Below, in pieces: positions 24,609 through 34,111 of a stretch of DNA of 45,014 nucleotides. The first letter of the stretch is position 1; each line of letters begins with the position of its first letter. This DNA is from Parcubacteria group bacterium Gr01-1014_13 (GTDB taxonomy: Bacteria > Patescibacteriota > Patescibacteriia > Magasanikbacterales > GWA2-37-8): NCBI GenBank assembly GCA_007376295.1, contig VMGB01000003.1:137106-182119 (forward strand), given 5' to 3'. A model generated the notes under the pieces. That model worked only from the letters and a program-made list of their open reading frames with translations, was not told the DNA's origin and searched no databases. The position numbers were made by a program, and so were the translations under genes.

Positions 24609-25003
24609 TAAATTAATTTCCTTATTTCTTCGCGTATTTTTTCATAATCTTCCAACGGGAACATTCCGATCCTCCGTATTAATCTTTTACTGCTTAACAT
24701 TCTAAGCTGGGGCAAAATGGCGGCATATTCTTTACCGCCAAGTTTATACTGATAATAATACCGGTTTTCTTCTTTAATTTTGGTAGTTAATGGTATAGCC
24801 CACAATAAATGTTCATTAAATTTTTTGAAAACTAGTACCGGCCGCTCAAAATTGTCATTTTTGCCTTCCTCCTCATGACCAACATTAGCGCCTAAATTCA
24901 CCCACCAAATTTCACCCTCTCTAAAATAGACTAACTTTTCCGATAAATGAATTTTTGCCTTAATTTTTATCCATGCAACAAATCTGGTTAGAATTTCTTC
25001 CAT
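24608..25003 (-). CDS. solitary MazF/PemK-family toxin-like protein (131 aa)
   Basis: REGEIWWVNLGANVGHEEEGKNDNFERPVLVFKKF, then IPLTT, then QLRMLSSKRLIRRIG matches the PemK/MazF signature layout (G-I-W-V-L-x-G-x-E-x-G-x-RP-x-LV). There is no room for an antitoxin gene, because adk ends 17 nt upstream. Confidence 0.7.
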   Translation of the reverse strand: MEEILTRFVAWIKIKAKIHLSEKLVYFREGEIWWVNLGANVGHEEEGKNDNFERPVLVFKKFNEHLLWAIPLTTKIKEENRYYYQYKLGGKEYAAILPQLRMLSSKRLIRRIGMFPLEDYEKIREEIRKLI

Positions 25004-25020
25004 AATACGTAGTACTTTAT

Positions 25021-25680
25021 TTATTTCAAAACATCCTCAATATTATTTTCGACGTCTTCAATTGACTGATCGCCATCTATTTTTATTAGCACGCCCAGAT
25101 CTTTATAAAAATTAGTTATTGGACTAAGTGCCGCATTTCCCTGTTTAATAATTCGTTCTTTAATAATTTTTGGATCATCATCTTGTCTAGTTTGTAATTT
25201 ACCTCCACACTTCGGACAAGCTTTTAATTTTTTAGTAGCCGGAAGCCAAGGAACTATTTCTCCGCAATTTGTACAAACACGGCGTTTAGTAAGCCTTTCA
25301 AAAGATTCCTTATCGCTTAAAGATATTTCTAAAGCTAAAACTTCGTCTGCTAAATTTTTTGCTTTAAAAAAATCTTGAAATCCTCTCGCCTGTTCCAGAT
25401 TACGAATGGCGCCATCTAACACCACGCCTTTACCCATATTTATATTTTTTTCGATCTCGCTAAAAACTAGGTTGTAAATAAGTTTGTCGGATACAAGTTG
25501 ACCAGATTTCATCTGTTCGACAGCTTCTTTTTCCAAAGAATTTAGTTCGATTTTCTGCGCTAAGGAACGCAACAAGTCACCGCTAGAGAGATGGATAAAA
25601 CCATGCTTGGCGGCAATTTTTTTGGCTTGAGTGCCTTTACCCGAACCGGGTGGGCCAATCATGATAATTATCTTACGCAT
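25021..25680 (-). CDS. adk: adenylate kinase (zinc-lid type)
   Basis: P-loop (GPPGSGKGTQAKKIA) and lid (CTNCGE...CPKCGG). Confidence 0.95.
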   Translation of the reverse strand: MRKIIIMIGPPGSGKGTQAKKIAAKHGFIHLSSGDLLRSLAQKIELNSLEKEAVEQMKSGQLVSDKLIYNLVFSEIEKNINMGKGVVLDGAIRNLEQARGFQDFFKAKNLADEVLALEISLSDKESFERLTKRRVCTNCGEIVPWLPATKKLKACPKCGGKLQTRQDDDPKIIKERIIKQGNAALSPITNFYKDLGVLIKIDGDQSIEDVENNIEDVLK

Positions 25681-25762
25681 ACCTTAATTTAACTAAAATT
25701 AAACGAAAAAAGGCTTTTCAGCCCTTTTATGCTACCACTTGTTTTTGCTTTTTTCAAGTAGA

Positions 25763-27037
25763 TTAAACCGTATCGTAAGCATGCATTGTAATCTGCGCAT
25801 CAATCTGTTTGGCTGTTTCAATAGCTACTGAAACCACGATTAACAAACTGGCTCCGCCAATTGCTAAACTCTGGGTACCCATTAAATATTGAACTAATAG
25901 CGGAAGGATAGCGATGACACCCAAGAATAAAGCGCCGGTAAAATTGATCCTATTCATAGTTTGACCAAGATATTTTTCAGTTTCTGTACCAGGGCGAATA
26001 CCAGGAATAAAGCCGCCTTGCTTTTGCAAATTCTCAGCCATCTTTTGCGGATGGAAAATAACAGCGGTATAAAAATACGTAAATCCAAATACTAACAAGA
26101 AGTACATGACTCCGTAAAATAATTGATTTTGGAACAAATTAATTGTCTGAGTACCGAGATTAGCCAACCAACCAGCGTTTGCTTGCGCAAAAAACTGAGC
26201 AATAAGTGAAGGGAACGAAAGTAAGGCAATGGCAAAGATAATTGGTATTACTCCAGCCATACTTACACGTAATGGTAAATGGGTACTATTGCCACCCTGC
26301 ATGCGATTTCCTACTACCTGTTTAGCGTAATTTATTGGGATATTTCTTTGGCCTTGGTTAATAAACACAACACCGACCACCGTTAAAATTGCTGCGGCTG
26401 CGAATAGAACAAAGGTAAAAAACTGAGACGAATCATAATTTATTAAAACAGTACGTAATCCTCCGGGTAAACCGGCAGCAATACCGGCAAATATTAACAA
26501 GGAGATACCATTACCAACTTTCTGCTCGGAGATAAGTTCACCTATCCACATCAGGAACATTGTACCAGCGGTAATTGTCATCATGATTGTAACCAAACGG
26601 AAAAATGACAAATCGGTGATAATTGGCAAAGATGAACTGCTTAATAGTTTTATCATTGCGTAAGATTGCAAAAAAGCCAATGGTACAGCCAAAAATCTGG
26701 TATACATGTTTATTTTTTGTTGACCAGACTCACCTTCTTTAGAAAGTTCCTCTAGTTTTGGCACAATCATGGTCAGCAACTGGAAAATAATCGAGGATGT
26801 GATATATGGACCAACGCCTAACATGACGATAGAAAAATTACTCATGGTACCGCCAGAAAAAACATCGAGTAATCCAAAAATCTGATTCCCAGCAAGAAAC
26901 TGACGCAAGTTATCTAAATTAACACCTGGAATAGGTATGTGGGCGACCAATCTAAAAATCACCAGCATCCCTAAAACGTAGAGAATTTTATTTCTGATGT
27001 CTTTGATCGTCCAAACTTGCTGTAGTTTTTGCCACAT
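25763..27037 (-). CDS. secY: preprotein translocase subunit SecY
   Basis: Ten-TM profile, IPGVN and GGTMSNFSIVMLGVGPYITSSII motifs, and its position after rplO. Confidence 0.95.
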   Translation of the reverse strand: MWQKLQQVWTIKDIRNKILYVLGMLVIFRLVAHIPIPGVNLDNLRQFLAGNQIFGLLDVFSGGTMSNFSIVMLGVGPYITSSIIFQLLTMIVPKLEELSKEGESGQQKINMYTRFLAVPLAFLQSYAMIKLLSSSSLPIITDLSFFRLVTIMMTITAGTMFLMWIGELISEQKVGNGISLLIFAGIAAGLPGGLRTVLINYDSSQFFTFVLFAAAAILTVVGVVFINQGQRNIPINYAKQVVGNRMQGGNSTHLPLRVSMAGVIPIIFAIALLSFPSLIAQFFAQANAGWLANLGTQTINLFQNQLFYGVMYFLLVFGFTYFYTAVIFHPQKMAENLQKQGGFIPGIRPGTETEKYLGQTMNRINFTGALFLGVIAILPLLVQYLMGTQSLAIGGASLLIVVSVAIETAKQIDAQITMHAYDTV

Positions 27038-27071
27038 AGTAAAAACTTAATAGCTAATATAACGAGACCGT

Positions 27072-27512
27072 TTATTTAATTTCTCCGCCTGCAGCCTTAA
27101 TTTTTTCGGCAGCACCAGCAGTGCTAGCCACTCCTTCGATAACTAATTTTTTGGTAATATCTCCGGTAGACAAAATTTTAGCAGCTTTTGCTCTAGTGCT
27201 TACTAAATGTTTTTCTTGCAAAGAAGCTAAAGTTACAACTTCACCGTCTTGGAAAGTATTTTCTAAATCTGACAAATACACCTCTGACGGCTTGGTGTTT
27301 AGACTGTTAAAACCGCGCAACTTTGGAGTTGACTGCAATAGTCTTTTAAAACCTCGGCGGCGAGTACCTTGACTTCCGCCTGATCTGGCAGTTTGACCCT
27401 TACCACCTCTGGTGGCAGTAGTACCGTGACCAGACGCATTGCCTCTGCCCAAGATTTTTTTAGCCTTCTTGGATCCTTTAGCCGGATGAATTGTATGTAC
27501 GTGTAAAGACAT
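27072..27512 (-). CDS. rplO: 50S ribosomal protein L15 (uL15)
   Basis: GRGNASGHGTTATRGGKGQTARSG motif and operon position. Confidence 0.93.
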   Translation of the reverse strand: MSLHVHTIHPAKGSKKAKKILGRGNASGHGTTATRGGKGQTARSGGSQGTRRRGFKRLLQSTPKLRGFNSLNTKPSEVYLSDLENTFQDGEVVTLASLQEKHLVSTRAKAAKILSTGDITKKLVIEGVASTAGAAEKIKAAGGEIK

Positions 27513-27516
27513 AATT

Positions 27517-28053
27517 TTATTTTACTTCTGTAACTACAGGTTGTACCTGAGGTTTCTTAACATCAAATTCTCTTTTTCCGCCATTTTTAAACATCTGCAA
27601 AGCATTAAATGTAGCCTTAACGATAGTTACTTTATTTTTTGTTTTACCTAAAATTTTAGAAACCACATTTGGTATTCCGGCTAATTCCAACATGGCGCGG
27701 GTCGCACCGCCGGCGATAATACCAGAACCTTGTGGGGCTGGTTTTAAAAATACAGTAGCTGCTTTGAATTTATAAACTATAGCGTGAGGAATGGTGCCAT
27801 TGATAATCGGTACAGTAATCATGTGTTTCTTGGCCTGATTTACGGCCTTTTCTACACCTAATTGTACATCTTTACCTTTAGCAAGTCCAAAACCAACTCG
27901 GCCCTTGCGATCACCCAAAATAATACAAGCGCGGAAACTCATATGTTTTCCACCCTTAGTTACTCTGGTAACGCGAGCCAAATCCAAAACATACTGATCG
28001 AATTCAGGCTTTTCTCGCGGTTTGTCGCCTCGTCTACCCATTGGTTTACTCAT
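27517..28053 (-). CDS. rpsE: 30S ribosomal protein S5 (uS5)
   Basis: RVTRVTKGGKHMSFRACIILGDRKGRVGFGLAKGKDV. Followed 4 nt later by rplO, so no L30 gene lies between them. Confidence 0.94.
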   Translation of the reverse strand: MSKPMGRRGDKPREKPEFDQYVLDLARVTRVTKGGKHMSFRACIILGDRKGRVGFGLAKGKDVQLGVEKAVNQAKKHMITVPIINGTIPHAIVYKFKAATVFLKPAPQGSGIIAGGATRAMLELAGIPNVVSKILGKTKNKVTIVKATFNALQMFKNGGKREFDVKKPQVQPVVTEVK

Positions 28054-28076
28054 ACTACAAATTGCTTAATATTACT

Positions 28077-28451
28077 TTAAAAAATTAAACCGCCTTCACG
28101 GGCACCATCGGCCAAAGCTTTTACTCGACCGTGGAATCTGTAACCGCCGCGGTCAAATTTAACTTTGCTAACGCCTTTGGCTTTTGCTTTTTCAGCCAAT
28201 AATTTCCCCAATAAGTAACTTACTGCGACTTTATGGCTTTTATCTTCAACTTTCTTTTCTTTTATTTCTTTACTGTCAACATAACACAAAGTTTTTCCAG
28301 CCTCATCGTCAATAACTTGAGCGACCATACCTCGAAGACTGCGAAAAACAGACAGTCTTGGTTCTGCAGCTGTACCAATCAAAACTTTACGAACCCGAGC
28401 GTGTCGGACCTGGCGTAAAGAGCTTTTGTTTTTATTAAATAGTCTTTTCAT
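28077..28451 (-). CDS. rplR: 50S ribosomal protein L18 (uL18)
   Basis: RHARVRKVLIGTAAEPRLSVFRSLRGMVAQVIDD and FDRGGYRFHGRVKALADGAREGGL. Confidence 0.93.
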   Translation of the reverse strand: MKRLFNKNKSSLRQVRHARVRKVLIGTAAEPRLSVFRSLRGMVAQVIDDEAGKTLCYVDSKEIKEKKVEDKSHKVAVSYLLGKLLAEKAKAKGVSKVKFDRGGYRFHGRVKALADGAREGGLIF

Positions 28452-28462
28452 ATTAAATTATT

Positions 28463-29014
28463 TTAGGCGGCAGCACCTTTAGCGGCAGTCTTACCGGCCT
28501 TGCGTCGAACAACTTCATCAACATATTTAATACCTTTGCCTTTGTAAGGCTCTGGTTTCTTTACTTTTCTGATCTGAGCAGCCATTTCACCAACTAACTG
28601 TTTGTCGGCTCCTTCTACGGTAATAAGGTTTTTTTCTACAGAAAATTTAACTCCAGCTACCGGCTTAACTTCTACCGGGTGAGAAAAACCTACTTCCAGC
28701 ATCAAGTTTGCGCCTTTCAAGTTAGCTTTATAACCAACACCGTTTATTTCCATCTGTTTCTTGAAGCCTTCAGTTACACCCTTTACCATGCTGGCAATCA
28801 AACTGGAAAAAGTTCCCCATAGAGAACGATCTTGTTTATTATTTTCGTTTACTACGGTAGTGGTAATTTCGTTTTGTTCAAAAGCAACAGTAACTCTAGG
28901 GTGCAGATTCAATCTTAATTCACCTTTTGGTCCTTTAATAACAACCTGGTTTTTTTCTACCCCGGCTGTTACACCTGCTGGAATTGCTATTCTTTTTTTA
29001 CCTATTCTAGACAT
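28463..29014 (-). CDS. rplF: 50S ribosomal protein L6 (uL6)
   Basis: MSRIGKKRIAIPAGV and PEPYKGKGIKY motifs. Confidence 0.93.
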   Translation of the reverse strand: MSRIGKKRIAIPAGVTAGVEKNQVVIKGPKGELRLNLHPRVTVAFEQNEITTTVVNENNKQDRSLWGTFSSLIASMVKGVTEGFKKQMEINGVGYKANLKGANLMLEVGFSHPVEVKPVAGVKFSVEKNLITVEGADKQLVGEMAAQIRKVKKPEPYKGKGIKYVDEVVRRKAGKTAAKGAAA

Positions 29015-29022
29015 ATTAGTGT

Positions 29023-29412
29023 TTAGTAAACTTCACAAATTAATTCTCCCCCGACCTGCTCTTTTCTAGCTTCATCATTAGTAAGCAGTCCTTTTGGGGT
29101 TGATAAAATTGCCACACCAAATCCGCTAAGTACCGTATCAATATCATCTCTTTTTACATATTTTCTATGTCCTGGCTTGCTGATTCTCTTGATATTGGTA
29201 ATAGCTGGTGTACCGCTATGGAATTTCAGGGTCAATAAAATATAAGGATGAACATCTTTCTTCTCCTCTGCTTTTTCCAGATATCCGTGCTTAACCAAAA
29301 TATTAGCAATACCAAACTTTATCTTGGAATAAGGAAGAGTCACCTCTTTCTTATGTATCAAGGAGGCATTGCGTATACGGGTTAACATGTCAGCGATAGG
29401 ATCCGTCATCAT
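29023..29412 (-). CDS. rpsH: 30S ribosomal protein S8 (uS8)
   Basis: TDPIADMLTRIRNA and GGELICEVY. Confidence 0.94.
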   Translation of the reverse strand: MMTDPIADMLTRIRNASLIHKKEVTLPYSKIKFGIANILVKHGYLEKAEEKKDVHPYILLTLKFHSGTPAITNIKRISKPGHRKYVKRDDIDTVLSGFGVAILSTPKGLLTNDEARKEQVGGELICEVY

Positions 29413-29450
29413 AATATTTTATTTATTCTAGAAAATGTTTAAGAATTAAT

Positions 29451-29636
29451 TTACCAGCTTGATTTGCGCACTCCGGGAATCTTGCCCTGGTTAGCTAGCT
29501 CGCGGAAACAAATTCTGCACAATCCAAACTCACCCATATAACTGCGGTTACGACCGCATTTCCAGCAGCGTCTTACAATTCTGGTGGTAAACTTTGGTTT
29601 TCTGTTTGATTTTGCTTTTTGTGATTGTGTAGCCAT
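29451..29636 (-). CDS. rpsN: 30S ribosomal protein S14 type Z (zinc-binding, 61 aa)
   Basis: CWKCGR...CRIC zinc knuckle, ends KSSW, and sits between rplE and rpsH. Confidence 0.93.
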   Translation of the reverse strand: MATQSQKAKSNRKPKFTTRIVRRCWKCGRNRSYMGEFGLCRICFRELANQGKIPGVRKSSW

Positions 29637-29639
29637 AAA

Positions 29640-30182
29640 TTATTTAACAAAGGGAAAGCCCATATGAGTTAACAAAGCTTTTCCTTCTACTTTATTCTTT
29701 GCACTAGTATTTATAATAATTTGTAAACCATGAATCTTTTCCAGTTCTTCAGCTTTAATTTCTGGGAAAGCCAAATTTTCTTTGAAACCAATAGTATAAT
29801 TTCCATTTCTATCAAAACTTTTTTCAGATAATCCTCTAAAGTCGCGGACGCGAGGCAAAGTGATAGATACTAACTTTTCTAAAAATTGATACATGCGAAC
29901 ACCGCGCAAAGTCACAGCTACACCGATTTCCATACCTTCACGGATTTTAAAATTGGAAATTGATTTCTTGGATTTGGTGCGCATTGGTTTTTGACCAGTG
30001 ATTTTACTCAAAGTGTTTTCTACGTTATCGATATAACGAGCTTCTTTTACAAAACGGCCAATACCAGCATTAAGAACTACCTTTAATATCTTTGGTACTT
30101 GCATTACATTCTTAAAACCCAGTTCTTTTTGCAAAGCTGGAACTACTTCTTTTTTATATTTTTCGTATAAATTAACTTTCAT
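29640..30182 (-). CDS. rplE: 50S ribosomal protein L5 (uL5)
   Basis: NVMQVPKILKVVLNAGIG, FDRNGNYTIGFKE and GFPF. Confidence 0.94.
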   Translation of the reverse strand: MKVNLYEKYKKEVVPALQKELGFKNVMQVPKILKVVLNAGIGRFVKEARYIDNVENTLSKITGQKPMRTKSKKSISNFKIREGMEIGVAVTLRGVRMYQFLEKLVSITLPRVRDFRGLSEKSFDRNGNYTIGFKENLAFPEIKAEELEKIHGLQIIINTSAKNKVEGKALLTHMGFPFVK

Positions 30183-30183
30183 A

Positions 30184-30492
30184 CTATTCGATTATTTCTT
30201 TACATTTTCGGCAAACTCTTTTCTTATCTGTACCATCCATTTTATAACCAACTCTGGTTTCCAGATTACACTTTGGGCAAACAAGCACAGCTTTGCTGGC
30301 ATAAAAAGGAGCGGCTAATTCGATCAGCTGGCCTTTTTCGCCTTTTTTACCAGATTTTAAACTTTTCTTCATGACATTCACACCTTCTACAACAATCTTT
30401 TCTTCTTTTGGAAAAACCTGAATAACTTTACCGGTTTTTCCGGCATCTTTTCCGCTAGTTACTTTTACTTTGTCGTTAATTTTAATTTTCAT
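30184..30492 (-). CDS. rplX: 50S ribosomal protein L24 (uL24) with a CxxC...CxxC C-terminus
   Basis: KIKINDKVKVTSGKDAGKTGKVIQV KOW motif, and C-terminal CPKC...CRKC. Confidence 0.92.
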   Translation of the reverse strand: MKIKINDKVKVTSGKDAGKTGKVIQVFPKEEKIVVEGVNVMKKSLKSGKKGEKGQLIELAAPFYASKAVLVCPKCNLETRVGYKMDGTDKKRVCRKCKEIIE

Positions 30493-30493
30493 A

Positions 30494-30865
30494 TTATAAA
30501 ACTTCCGGAGCTAAAGAAATAATTTTTTGGAATCCTTTGGAACGTAATTCTCTGGCTACTGGACCCAAAATACGTGTACCTTTTGGTTCTTTTGAACCTC
30601 TATCAATAATTACACCAGCATTATCATCAAAACGAATATAGGTACCGTCTGGTCGGCGGGTTTCTTTATGTATTCTTACTAGAACCACATGCACAACTTC
30701 ACCCTTTTTTACCAAACCATGTGGAGCAGCTTCTTTTACAGAACAAGTAACAATATCGCCAAGACGAGCATATCTTTTCTTGTAGCCGCCCAAAACACGG
30801 ATGCATTGTAATTTCTTTGCACCAGTATTATCTGCGACTTGTAGCATTGAGCGATGTTGAATCAT
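30494..30865 (-). CDS. rplN: 50S ribosomal protein L14 (uL14)
   Basis: [27 protein letters not shown]. Confidence 0.95.
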   Translation of the reverse strand: MIQHRSMLQVADNTGAKKLQCIRVLGGYKKRYARLGDIVTCSVKEAAPHGLVKKGEVVHVVLVRIHKETRRPDGTYIRFDDNAGVIIDRGSKEPKGTRILGPVARELRSKGFQKIISLAPEVL

Positions 30866-30874
30866 ATTCTGTAA

Positions 30875-31132
30875 TTACTTTTTTAAAATCTCAACCAATC
30901 TCCATTTTTTGGTTTTTGATATTGGGCGGGATTCTACAAACTTTACTTTATCACCCATCTTGGCTTCACCTTTTTCATCATGAACAGCGTACTTGCTGCT
31001 TACTTTGTAACTCTTGCCATATTTGGCGTGAAGTTTCATTGTTTCAACACGAACAACTATGGTCTTTGTCATAGCCACAGAAACTACCTCTCCGATAAAT
31101 GTTCTTTTGCTTGTTTGTGTTGTTGTTTCCAT
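30875..31132 (-). CDS. rpsQ: 30S ribosomal protein S17 (uS17)
   Basis: GEVVSVAMTKTIVVRVE...YAVHDE...GDKVKFVESRPISKTKKW. Confidence 0.93.
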   Translation of the reverse strand: METTTQTSKRTFIGEVVSVAMTKTIVVRVETMKLHAKYGKSYKVSSKYAVHDEKGEAKMGDKVKFVESRPISKTKKWRLVEILKK

Positions 31133-31145
31133 ATTAAATTATTAC

Positions 31146-31337
31146 TTATTTGCTTCCTGCCTTTTTTAAAAGCATAGAAACTCGCGCAATTACTTTTTTG
31201 GCTAAATTAATTTTGTGTACCTGCTTTAACTGTCGGGCATGCGCTTGGAAATTCAAAGTTTGAAGCTCGTGTCTGGTTGCAGACAATAGCTCTTTCAATT
31301 CTCCGGTGCTTTTATTTTTTAAATCTTCCCATTGCAT
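31146..31337 (-). CDS. rpmC: 50S ribosomal protein L29 (uL29)
   Basis: LKNKSTGELKELLSATRHELQTLNFQ. Start chosen at MQWEDLK (ATG at 31335-31337), just after the rplP stop. The track ORF extends to 31355. Confidence 0.88.
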   Translation of the reverse strand: MQWEDLKNKSTGELKELLSATRHELQTLNFQAHARQLKQVHKINLAKKVIARVSMLLKKAGSK

Positions 31338-31338
31338 A

Positions 31339-31752
31339 TTAGTGTTTGGTGACAAATTTAGTTTTTACGCCAATCTTGAAAGCAGCCATTCTAATCGCTT
31401 CTTTAGCAGTCTCTTCTGGCACGCCGCCCATTTCGAACATTACTGTACCTGGTTTGATTACGGCAACATAATGATCTGGTGAGCCTTTACCTCCACCCAT
31501 CGGAGTTTCATTTCCTTTTTTAGTAATTGGTTTATCTGGAAATATTCGGATCCAAATCTTACCACCTTTTCTTACATAGCGAGTCAAAACACGACGAGCA
31601 GCTTCAATCTGGCGGCTGCTGATCCATCCATGTTCTTGGCTTTTTATGCCAAAATCTCCGAAGGCCACAAAGTTTGCTCTGGTAGCAACACCAAGTGATC
31701 GACGTCGGCCCTTGTGCCATTTTCTATGTAATACTTTTTTTGGTAACAACAT
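31339..31752 (-). CDS. rplP: 50S ribosomal protein L16 (uL16)
   Basis: [46 protein letters not shown]. Confidence 0.95.
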   Translation of the reverse strand: MLLPKKVLHRKWHKGRRRSLGVATRANFVAFGDFGIKSQEHGWISSRQIEAARRVLTRYVRKGGKIWIRIFPDKPITKKGNETPMGGGKGSPDHYVAVIKPGTVMFEMGGVPEETAKEAIRMAAFKIGVKTKFVTKH

Positions 31753-31761
31753 ATATTATGT

Positions 31762-32514
31762 TTACTTTGCTTTTCCAGCAGGTGCCGCTTTACGGACAGG
31801 TCTTTCGTGTTTTACCGGCTCTTTTACAGCCCCTGTTGTCTTGGTATCTTCTTCTTTTTTAGCAAATTTATCTCTACGGCTAAAAGCTTCACCCTTATAT
31901 ATCCAAACTTTAACACCGATTTTTCCATACAATGTTTGCGCTTCAGAAATAGCGTAATCAACATCACTGCGCAATGTAATCAGCGACATTTTTCCAGCGC
32001 TTAACTTTTCAGTTCTGGCGATTTCTACACCATTCAAACGGCCGGACATACAAACTTTTACTCCTTGGGCGCCAGCGCTCATCACTCTTTCAATAAGCTG
32101 TTTCATTACGCGGCGGAAAGGAAAACGCTTTTCAATATCAGTAGCAGCATTTTGAGACACAATCTGTGCAGACAAAGCGGGATTGCGTACTTCTAAAATA
32201 TTAATTTTAACTTTTAATTTTTGTTGAACGATTTTTCTTTCGATGTGGCGGCGTAAATCTTCTAGTCCCTGACCACCGCGACCAATAATCGTGCCTGGTT
32301 TAGCAGATAAAATATATACAGTTAAATCTTTAGGAGTTCTTTCGATACTAATACCATCGATAAGTGATTCCTTTAATTTTTTTGTTAAAAAATCTCTGAT
32401 ACCAACTTCCTGCTCTAAAAATAGAGGCATTGATTTACCTTTAGCAAACCATTTTGAATCCCAGGAATAAATGGTTGGTATGCGATGAATTTTGGGGTGG
32501 ACTTTATGACCCAT
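31762..32514 (-). CDS. rpsC: 30S ribosomal protein S3 (uS3) with a Lys/Ala-rich C-terminal extension
   Basis: MGHKVHPKIHR, KH domain (GTIIGRGGQGLEDL), GRLNGVEIAR. Confidence 0.95.
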   Translation of the reverse strand: MGHKVHPKIHRIPTIYSWDSKWFAKGKSMPLFLEQEVGIRDFLTKKLKESLIDGISIERTPKDLTVYILSAKPGTIIGRGGQGLEDLRRHIERKIVQQKLKVKINILEVRNPALSAQIVSQNAATDIEKRFPFRRVMKQLIERVMSAGAQGVKVCMSGRLNGVEIARTEKLSAGKMSLITLRSDVDYAISEAQTLYGKIGVKVWIYKGEAFSRRDKFAKKEEDTKTTGAVKEPVKHERPVRKAAPAGKAK

Positions 32515-32520
32515 ATAAAA

Positions 32521-32895
32521 TTATTTATCTGTCTTCTTAACTTCTTTTTTAATCTTTTTTTCCATTGTAGCCAAAACCAAATTGATATGGCTGGTTCTTT
32601 CGCGAATTGGGGTAGCTCGGCCGTGAGCTTTTGGCATCCATCTCTTTAATACTGGGCCGCCATCTACATAAATTTCAGATACTTTCAGATCTTCTACAGC
32701 TAAAGAATGATTGTGTTTAGCATTAGCAACAGCAGAATTTAAAAGCTTCAAGACAGGTCGAGCAGCTCTCTTTGGCATCACAGACAAAAGATCCAAAGCG
32801 CGGGTTACTTTCTTGCCGCGAATCATATCAACAATAAGTCTAACCTTGCGGGGACCCATTCTTAGAAATCTTAATTTTGCGGTTACTTGTGTCAT
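32521..32895 (-). CDS. rplV: 50S ribosomal protein L22 (uL22)
   Basis: RMGPRKVRLIVDMIRGKKV and GPVLKRWMPKAHGRATPIRERTSHI. Confidence 0.94.
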   Translation of the reverse strand: MTQVTAKLRFLRMGPRKVRLIVDMIRGKKVTRALDLLSVMPKRAARPVLKLLNSAVANAKHNHSLAVEDLKVSEIYVDGGPVLKRWMPKAHGRATPIRERTSHINLVLATMEKKIKKEVKKTDK

Positions 32896-32902
32896 ATATT
32901 AC

Positions 32903-33241
32903 TTATTTCTTTTTTTCATCTTTCTTGTCAGCAGGTGCTGGAGCGTTAGCTGCAGCGGCAACTGATTCTTGTTCTTTGGCCATCTTACCACCATGACGAA
33001 TAAACTTCTTGGTAGGAGCAAACTCGCCCAAACGATGACCAACCATATTTTCATCAACTAATACGGAAAGAAAGTCTTTACCATTATGTACCAAAAAGGT
33101 TACAGCCACCATCTCTGGGGAAATAACACAAGCTCTAGACCAAGTTTTTATTGGCTGTCGCTTGCCGCTGGCTTTCATTTTTTGAACCTTACTCACTACT
33201 CTCGGATCAACGTAAGGGCCCTTTTTTAAACTTCTGGACAT
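32903..33241 (-). CDS. rpsS: 30S ribosomal protein S19 (uS19) with a C-terminal extension
   Basis: [25 protein letters not shown] and [18 protein letters not shown]. Confidence 0.94.
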   Translation of the reverse strand: MSRSLKKGPYVDPRVVSKVQKMKASGKRQPIKTWSRACVISPEMVAVTFLVHNGKDFLSVLVDENMVGHRLGEFAPTKKFIRHGGKMAKEQESVAAAANAPAPADKKDEKKK

Positions 33242-33257
33242 ATATTAGTGAAAAATT

Positions 33258-34103
33258 TTATTCTGATTTAACTCGGCGTGACTTAACCACAAACTTATCG
33301 CTCCACTTGCTTGGCTTACGGGTTTTAACACCTCTAGCCGGCTTACCATAAATGGTTTGTGGACCTCTTTTTTGACCAATTGGGTTATGACCCTCACCAC
33401 CACCGTGTGGGTGGTCTACTGGGTTCATGTTCTTACCGTTTACACGTGGACGAATACCGCGCATGCGGTTTCTACCAGCTTTACCCCAGCGAATCAATCT
33501 GTAATCAGCATTACCCATAGTACCAACAGAAGCAGTGCATTCTTTCAAAATCTTTCTAATTTCTCCGGATGGTAATTTTACTAAAGCATAGCCTTCTTCC
33601 ATACCTACAAGCTGGGCTCCCATTCCGGCACCGCGCACCAACTGTCCGCCTTTACCTGGAGTTAATTCCAGATTGTGCACGAACATACCCACTGGGATAA
33701 ATTCAAGCGGCATACGGTTGCCTGATCTGGCTTCAATAGCTTTTTTGGAAGATAAAATTTTGTCGCCTACTTTTAATCCTTCTGGAGCAAGAACATAGGA
33801 CTTCACACCGTCGGTATATTGTACCAAAGCAATGCGAGGTCCGCGATAAGGATCATATTCAATAGATAAAACAGTAGCTTCAACATCAAACTTAGCTAAT
33901 TTGAAATCAACCATGCGGTAAAACTTCTTTACTCCGCCACCTTGGTGTCTAACAGTAAGAACACCTTGGTTGTTGCGTCCGGAATTTGGAGTCAAGAAAA
34001 CAATCAGAGACTTCTCTGGTTTTGTTTTAGTGATGTCAGCAAAAGCATCCACACTTGAGTGGCGTCGGCCGTCGCTGGTTGGTTTGTAGATCTTAATAGG
34101 CAT
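33258..34103 (-). CDS. rplB: 50S ribosomal protein L2 (uL2)
   Basis: RNNQGVLTVRHQGGGVKKFYR and MNPVDHPHGGGEG. Confidence 0.96.
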   Translation of the reverse strand: MPIKIYKPTSDGRRHSSVDAFADITKTKPEKSLIVFLTPNSGRNNQGVLTVRHQGGGVKKFYRMVDFKLAKFDVEATVLSIEYDPYRGPRIALVQYTDGVKSYVLAPEGLKVGDKILSSKKAIEARSGNRMPLEFIPVGMFVHNLELTPGKGGQLVRGAGMGAQLVGMEEGYALVKLPSGEIRKILKECTASVGTMGNADYRLIRWGKAGRNRMRGIRPRVNGKNMNPVDHPHGGGEGHNPIGQKRGPQTIYGKPARGVKTRKPSKWSDKFVVKSRRVKSE

Positions 34104-34111
34104 AAATTTGT

